Notes under the pieces: model-generated
The model's input: only the letters and a program-made list of their open reading frames with translations
Databases searched by the model: none
What the model was told of the DNA's origin: nothing
Shown here: positions 59,192-64,000 of the stretch, piece by piece
How the letters are laid out: each line of letters opens with the position of its first letter
How positions within the stretch are numbered: position 1 is the stretch's first letter
Program-made: the position numbers and the translations under genes
From: Hydrurus foetidus
Taxonomy: Eukaryota
DNA: 64,000 nucleotides
Direction of reading: 5' to 3'
NCBI GenBank assembly: GCA_900617105.1
Contig: UYFQ01000417.1
Location: 1 to 64,000 of the forward strand

Positions 59192-60945
59192 ATGAAGCGG
59201 ACATCTGATGAGGCGCTCAAAGACTCGAAGCAATGCAGTGTCTTCCCTTATTCAATTCTTTATAGGGAACTCACGGAGATACTCACCTCTAGCACAGAAA
59301 TCATATTTTCCCTGATGCAAGATCGATCGAAAAAACATTCGGCAGCATCACATGATGACGCCATGGGCCCATGGATTAAGGACGGCTTACTGCACTCAAA
59401 ACTTGTAGAGCTGAAAGGATGTGCCGAGGTCGTGTCAAAGTCGTGCACGAAGTTGACGCTTATAGTAACAAAAGCCCCATCTGCTAATTCTCTCACAAGC
59501 ATTTTACGTGAGATGTCTGATTATGTCAGATCATTCGTTGGAAGCTACATGTAAGTTACTGGATTCTGGACTTTCACAGCAACTACACGCATTATTGTGT
59601 CAGGTTGAGTACTGATTTACCTAGAAATTGAGGGGATTTTCGATTTTATTCTTGTCGAGATGGCTGCTATGCATTAATCCACATTACTGAGCACATTTTT
59701 AGTATCAGTGCTCCACTGAATGCAACGGAAGCTGATGCTCATATGATTTTATTCAGGTCATTGACAGAGTGCTCTCTTGGGAATCCTTTTTTTGTTCTGG
59801 TTTCCACGAAAGTTAGGTGAGCTCGTTTTTGGCAGATTGATCCGCCTTTTTCTGGACGCCTTTTAAAGACGTTGTTGTTCATTGTGTTGAGCAGGAGCGA
59901 ACTAATGCAAGTGATTGATCTTGTTTCAGTGCTGTCGAAAGGGGCACTTACCAACGCTACCAGGTGAGCAACTCTTCTTCATCTTGTTTGATTTCAAACT
60001 CTGACTAGCTATGAAAACATGGATACCCTACAGCGCAACTGGAATGGTCTGGAAAACTTGCGAAAATGTTCAAGCTCTCCCGCTATCGAATAAAGCGGCA
60101 TATCGAAGACACATAATGGAGGTATACTATGCCACGCATCTAACGCCAACTCCCCCGACGTAAAATAACTCTTACTATTTACCTATCTGTATCTTACCAA
60201 TGACCAGAAAATGTCAATTATCAAAGACACTATCCGTGAGTTTGAGGAATACCTTCAGTCGGCGAAATCGAAAATGGACAATATGATGGAAAATTTGACA
60301 GTGCAGGATGAAAACTGTAATGGAAGAATGGCTATTGATGAAAGAACTAGTGATGATGATGAAGAGGAGGGAGAAGAAGGAGAAGAGTTCGATGGTGATG
60401 GGGATGAGGGATACGAGTGCGCGGACTTCGAGCAGATTGAAGAAAGCATTCTACTCATGCAGATGTCTCATGAAGCGCTGAAGACAGGGCTGGAGGTCAT
60501 GACTGTGACAGCGGACAGAATTTCAAGAGTCCAAGAACCACCGAATATTATTAGTTCCGAAGTAGAAAGCAGCACTGTCGATTCCGATGCAGAATCTAAA
60601 CCTGTCATGAATTCATTGAAATCGGGTTTATTAATCTCAGATGATGTGTTAAAGGGATACAGCTGCGATCAGTGGGTAGCGGATATATCCCATCAGTCAG
60701 AGGCCATTGAAGGTGATGTTACTGATTTTGGTGCACTGCTATATCCTCCTCTAGACGCCTCTGTTGTCACAGATATTGAAGTCAGTGGGAAGGCACTTAG
60801 AGATGCTATCTCTACATATCTCACTCTGCTGCGAAAAATTGATAACACTTCTACAGAACCGCTAGTTATTATGGAAACTTTTTTTGCTAAATTTCAGTTA
60901 TTTAGACGTAACTCAAAATGCTTCAGTGACTCATCTGTCAAATAG
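59192..60945 (+). CDS. CCNDBP1: GCIP / cyclin-D1-binding protein 1-like, multi-exon
   Basis: VSKSCTKLTLIV; ATGMVWKTCENVQALPLSNKAAYRR; IIKDTIREFEE followed by an acidic tract; VTDFGALLYPP. Start codon uncertain. Confidence 0.7.
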
Positions 60946-61681
60946 TGACAAAGAGGATGCCTCCAATTTATTGTCCAATTATGTAAACAACTATTTCTTA
61001 TATCGTAAAGCTCTGGAATTTGCAAAAAGAATTCTCCTCAGCGCAAAACATATCTACTCGATTTGTGAGGTCACATTAAATGTTTCCATTGAAACTTCGG
61101 AGTTATGCGCTGTGACAGGTGCAGAAGGCTCTATTCACTGTTCAGCACTGATTTGAGTGAAGTGCGTAGCACACACACTGACCGGCACACTGTTAACACT
61201 CGCTGAAGAAATTGTTTGTCATCGTAATTCCAGATTGACGACGAGCGAGATCGTACCTCATACGACATTCATTATTTGGTGTAAGATAGACTGACGACTT
61301 CTGATGACCTTACCAAGGATATGGTTGGTGAGAAGACGCACTGTTTGAGGTAGATATGGCTGACTGTAAAGCTGCCGCGAGTAAGCGCAAAGATAAGATA
61401 TGTTGTGACGATTATAGGCCGATTCCGTGGCTTAAATTATGATTTATGAAGGACATAAATAAATTCTGATCTAAATTGAAAAACATACTTACAACGACAT
61501 AGAAAAAAACAGCAATACCTATTGCCTGAAAGTGGCTTAGCAAAACATGCTTGAAGAAGGATGAGACTCCAAAGACAACTGACACAGCTGACTGCAACGC
61601 ACTAATATCCTATTCTCACGAGGGAATGGGAATAAACAAAGTCTAATGATTGAACATAAGGTTCGATGGGGCTCCAATGAT

Positions 61682-62482
61682 TTACTTGTAGCGAGGAGAG
61701 TCGTCCTTGAGGAGGCCATAATAAGTCCAGATAGGATCCATCTCCCACACAGGGAGGGTGAACAAACTGTTCTTCTTTGTCAGGAGACCAGCATAGGCGG
61801 CATACCAGGCGATAATGGCCGCAATGATGCCGCAGATACCTCCTGCGCGTTGCACGTACAGATCGCCTCCTCTGAACTGAGCGATCGAGAGGAACAGGAA
61901 AGTAAGGAACACCATGAAGAACAGCACAAACAGAACCATTGTGGTTCTGTGAGATGCGATGCACATGAACAGAGAGAACATGCCCCAGGCCAGCAGGTAG
62001 ATGCCAAGGCAGTCGTGGAGATCTTGAATTGGCGCACCGGCCTGGAAGTAAGGCTTCAGGAAACCGAACGCATCGATGAACAAGGCGCCGAAGGACATCC
62101 AGAAGCCACCATATGATGAGAAAGCCAAGGCACCGAAAGTGTTGCCGGTTTTGAACTCCCACATGCCGGCTAGAAGCTGGCAAAGTCCACCGTAGAACAG
62201 TGCGAGGCCCATGACGACACCGTGGGATTTGGCGTTGAGAGAGACAATTGCTCCAGTGTTATACATCGACAGCACGAAAGTAGTAAGCGCGAAGCCGCAA
62301 AGACCAAGAGGAGCGGGATTCGCAATTGTTGGGAACTGCTGGGAGAGGAAGCCATGTAGCTTCTCTTCTTTCTCGAAGTACCGGTAGGTTGGGTTGGCAA
62401 TTGGTTGGACATCGGTGAAGGCTTTTCCCTCGACTCCGATCTCGATGTCAGCGACTTGGTTGGAAATCATTTGGACCGACAT
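61682..62482 (-). CDS. GPR1/FUN34/YaaH (Ady2/SatP) acetate uptake transporter
   Basis: ANPAPLGLCGFALTTFVLS, FYGGLCQLLAGMWEFKTGNTFGALAFSSYGGFW, and six hydrophobic segments. Intronless. Confidence 0.95.
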   Translation of the reverse strand: MSVQMISNQVADIEIGVEGKAFTDVQPIANPTYRYFEKEEKLHGFLSQQFPTIANPAPLGLCGFALTTFVLSMYNTGAIVSLNAKSHGVVMGLALFYGGLCQLLAGMWEFKTGNTFGALAFSSYGGFWMSFGALFIDAFGFLKPYFQAGAPIQDLHDCLGIYLLAWGMFSLFMCIASHRTTMVLFVLFFMVFLTFLFLSIAQFRGGDLYVQRAGGICGIIAAIIAWYAAYAGLLTKKNSLFTLPVWEMDPIWTYYGLLKDDSPRYK

Positions 62483-62650
62483 ACTTCGATGTTGGAAATG
62501 TTGGATAATATGAATCTATCCCCAAAGTGTCGAGTGATTGTATAGGCTGATGACGGCGTGACATCACGCCACGAGCTGTTCGCTTGAAGTTGACGTTAGC
62601 AAATATTTGGTGATGACCGTTTGATTTCCTTTGGTTGAGAGGTGCCCTCG

Positions 62651-62803
62651 ATTGAACGTAGGGAAATGGGGTGTACTCGGAAGGCGTGCCTCATTCTTCA
62701 GCAGCTCTCTATTGAACGTAGAGAAATGGGGTGCATTTAGAAGGCATGGCCTCAAATTTTAGCGTCTGTTTATAAAGGTTGAACGTAGAGAAATGGGGTG
62801 TAC
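62651..62803. repeat. Three copies of TTGAACGTAG(A/G)GAAATGGGGTG upstream of the acetate transporter
   Basis: At about 62652, 62712 and 62779; the first two lie in a 60-bp periodic duplication. Confidence 0.85.
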
Positions 62804-63472
62804 GTAACGTACTATACGTGTCACAGTACGTTACGGTATATCCGGTATAAATATACCGGATTAGTGACAAAGTCTTATATCTTAGGCTGCAATTCGTGGC
62901 AACGGAATACCCTTACTTTAATGGATTGCTCAATATTATGGACACTTTGCCTCCCTCCATTTGTTACAACATCATTCCACCCGAGAAAAAGGAGTAGCGT
63001 GTATGACTCTCCCATTCCTCTTGAAACTCTTCCCATTCGAGTTGCCGCTTCTTCAGCCATTCCGATGATGTGTTCTGCTTTCGAAGTGATTTCGAAAGCG
63101 CAACGTCGACTTTAATTCCTTTCTCGATTGCTACAAATAGTCCACGGAATAAACTCGTTTTACACGTGGAGGATTTGAAGAAGCGAAGTCGGAAAGCGTA
63201 GGAATTTTCAGGAATCCCCCATGAATCAACTTTTTACGGAAGAAAGTTCACGGCTTTCTGAAATGTATGGCCGTATTCTGTTGCCATAAATTGCAGCCTT
63301 ATACTTTATATTACTATGGCACCCTAATAACAGGAAACTATAAGAAAGGAAGAAAAAACTATTTTGAGAGAAAAAAAAACTATTTCAGATAATCTAGAAC
63401 TTGAAAAGTAGGACAAGAACTATTAGAGAAGTTGCGACTACTTTCGACGAACTCGCCACCGTTTCCAACAAT

Positions 63473-64000
63473 TGTGGTCGTACCGGGTATACCGGGCCTA
63501 CGGGCCGTACCGGACCTTGTCACGATCCACCCGATCCTTCCGCCTACAGTACACATACAGCCCTACCACGACTAGCTAGCTAGCTGCAGCCTACTCGTAG
63601 AAGTTACCTAGCTTCTAGCTTAGTTGTAATCTAACTACTACCTACTCGTCTTTAGCTCTTCCCTCCATCCGGACTACAATAGCGCTATTCGTCCAATCTT
63701 TCTTCTACTACTTCTCAGTCCATCTATCTGTCCCCAACTTTTAGATAAGACCTCTGAGCTATCTATAGTCCGCCACGGCCGACTTCTCTTGCAGCTTTGA
63801 GCTCAGAGAACCTTAGTTTAAGTTAGAGAAAGCCAGCATACCTGCTTTGAATCCCTAAGTTTGGGCTCTTCCATTCTTTAAGTTTCCGGTCGAAGTCGAA
63901 AGATCCTTCCCGAGATTCATTAAATATCTGCTCTGACGGTCGATTGAATAACGGATTCATCACCGCTGACATAAGATTAGTCAAGAGACGTCTTTTTGTC
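63473..64000 (+). mobile_element. 5' LTR and leader of a second, diverged Gypsy relative (runs off the window)
   Basis: 206-bp LTR at 63473-63678 (TGTGGTCG...GGACTACA) is homologous to 52185-52390. The downstream leader is homologous to 52391-52720. Confidence 0.9.

Noticed and set aside
62875..63130. Short minus-strand coding-like stretch
   Set aside because: Too short, with no recognisable motif or gene structure.

Overview
Eukaryotic nuclear DNA with short GT-AG introns. A signal peptide followed by an A|F cleavage motif on a LON-domain protein suggests a plastid-bearing stramenopile (ochrophyte); that assignment is inference. Roughly three quarters of the window is nested transposable elements in two clusters. 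Cluster 1 (599-14400): a young Copia LTR element (602-6295) and a Kolobok DNA transposon with 411-bp TIRs (6383-10886), both inserted in the terminal repeat of a decayed tyrosine-recombinase (YR) retrotransposon. A host gene island follows (14.7-24.9 kb): p24/GOLD, WDR77-like, HBS1-like, a LON substrate-binding domain protein and CMSS1. Cluster 2 (25061-58948): a near-complete Ngaro-type YR retrotransposon with split direct repeats, then a 26.7-kb array of three head-to-tail hAT elements. The three copies are joined by an identical 54-bp spacer and bounded by a single 8-bp TSD. The array contains a Harbinger element and a two-gene Tc1/IS630-type element, itself interrupted by a chromodomain Gypsy element. 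The window ends with CCNDBP1/GCIP-like and GPR1/FUN34/YaaH genes and the start of a second Gypsy. Strongest leads: the composite hAT array; the Tc1-like element with an unknown multi-exon second gene; a young Gypsy with no visible gag and a palindrome in place of a tRNA primer site; cis motifs conserved between two diverged YR families; and a 14-bp direct repeat bracketing cluster 1. All protein calls come from motif recognition by eye; no database search was run.
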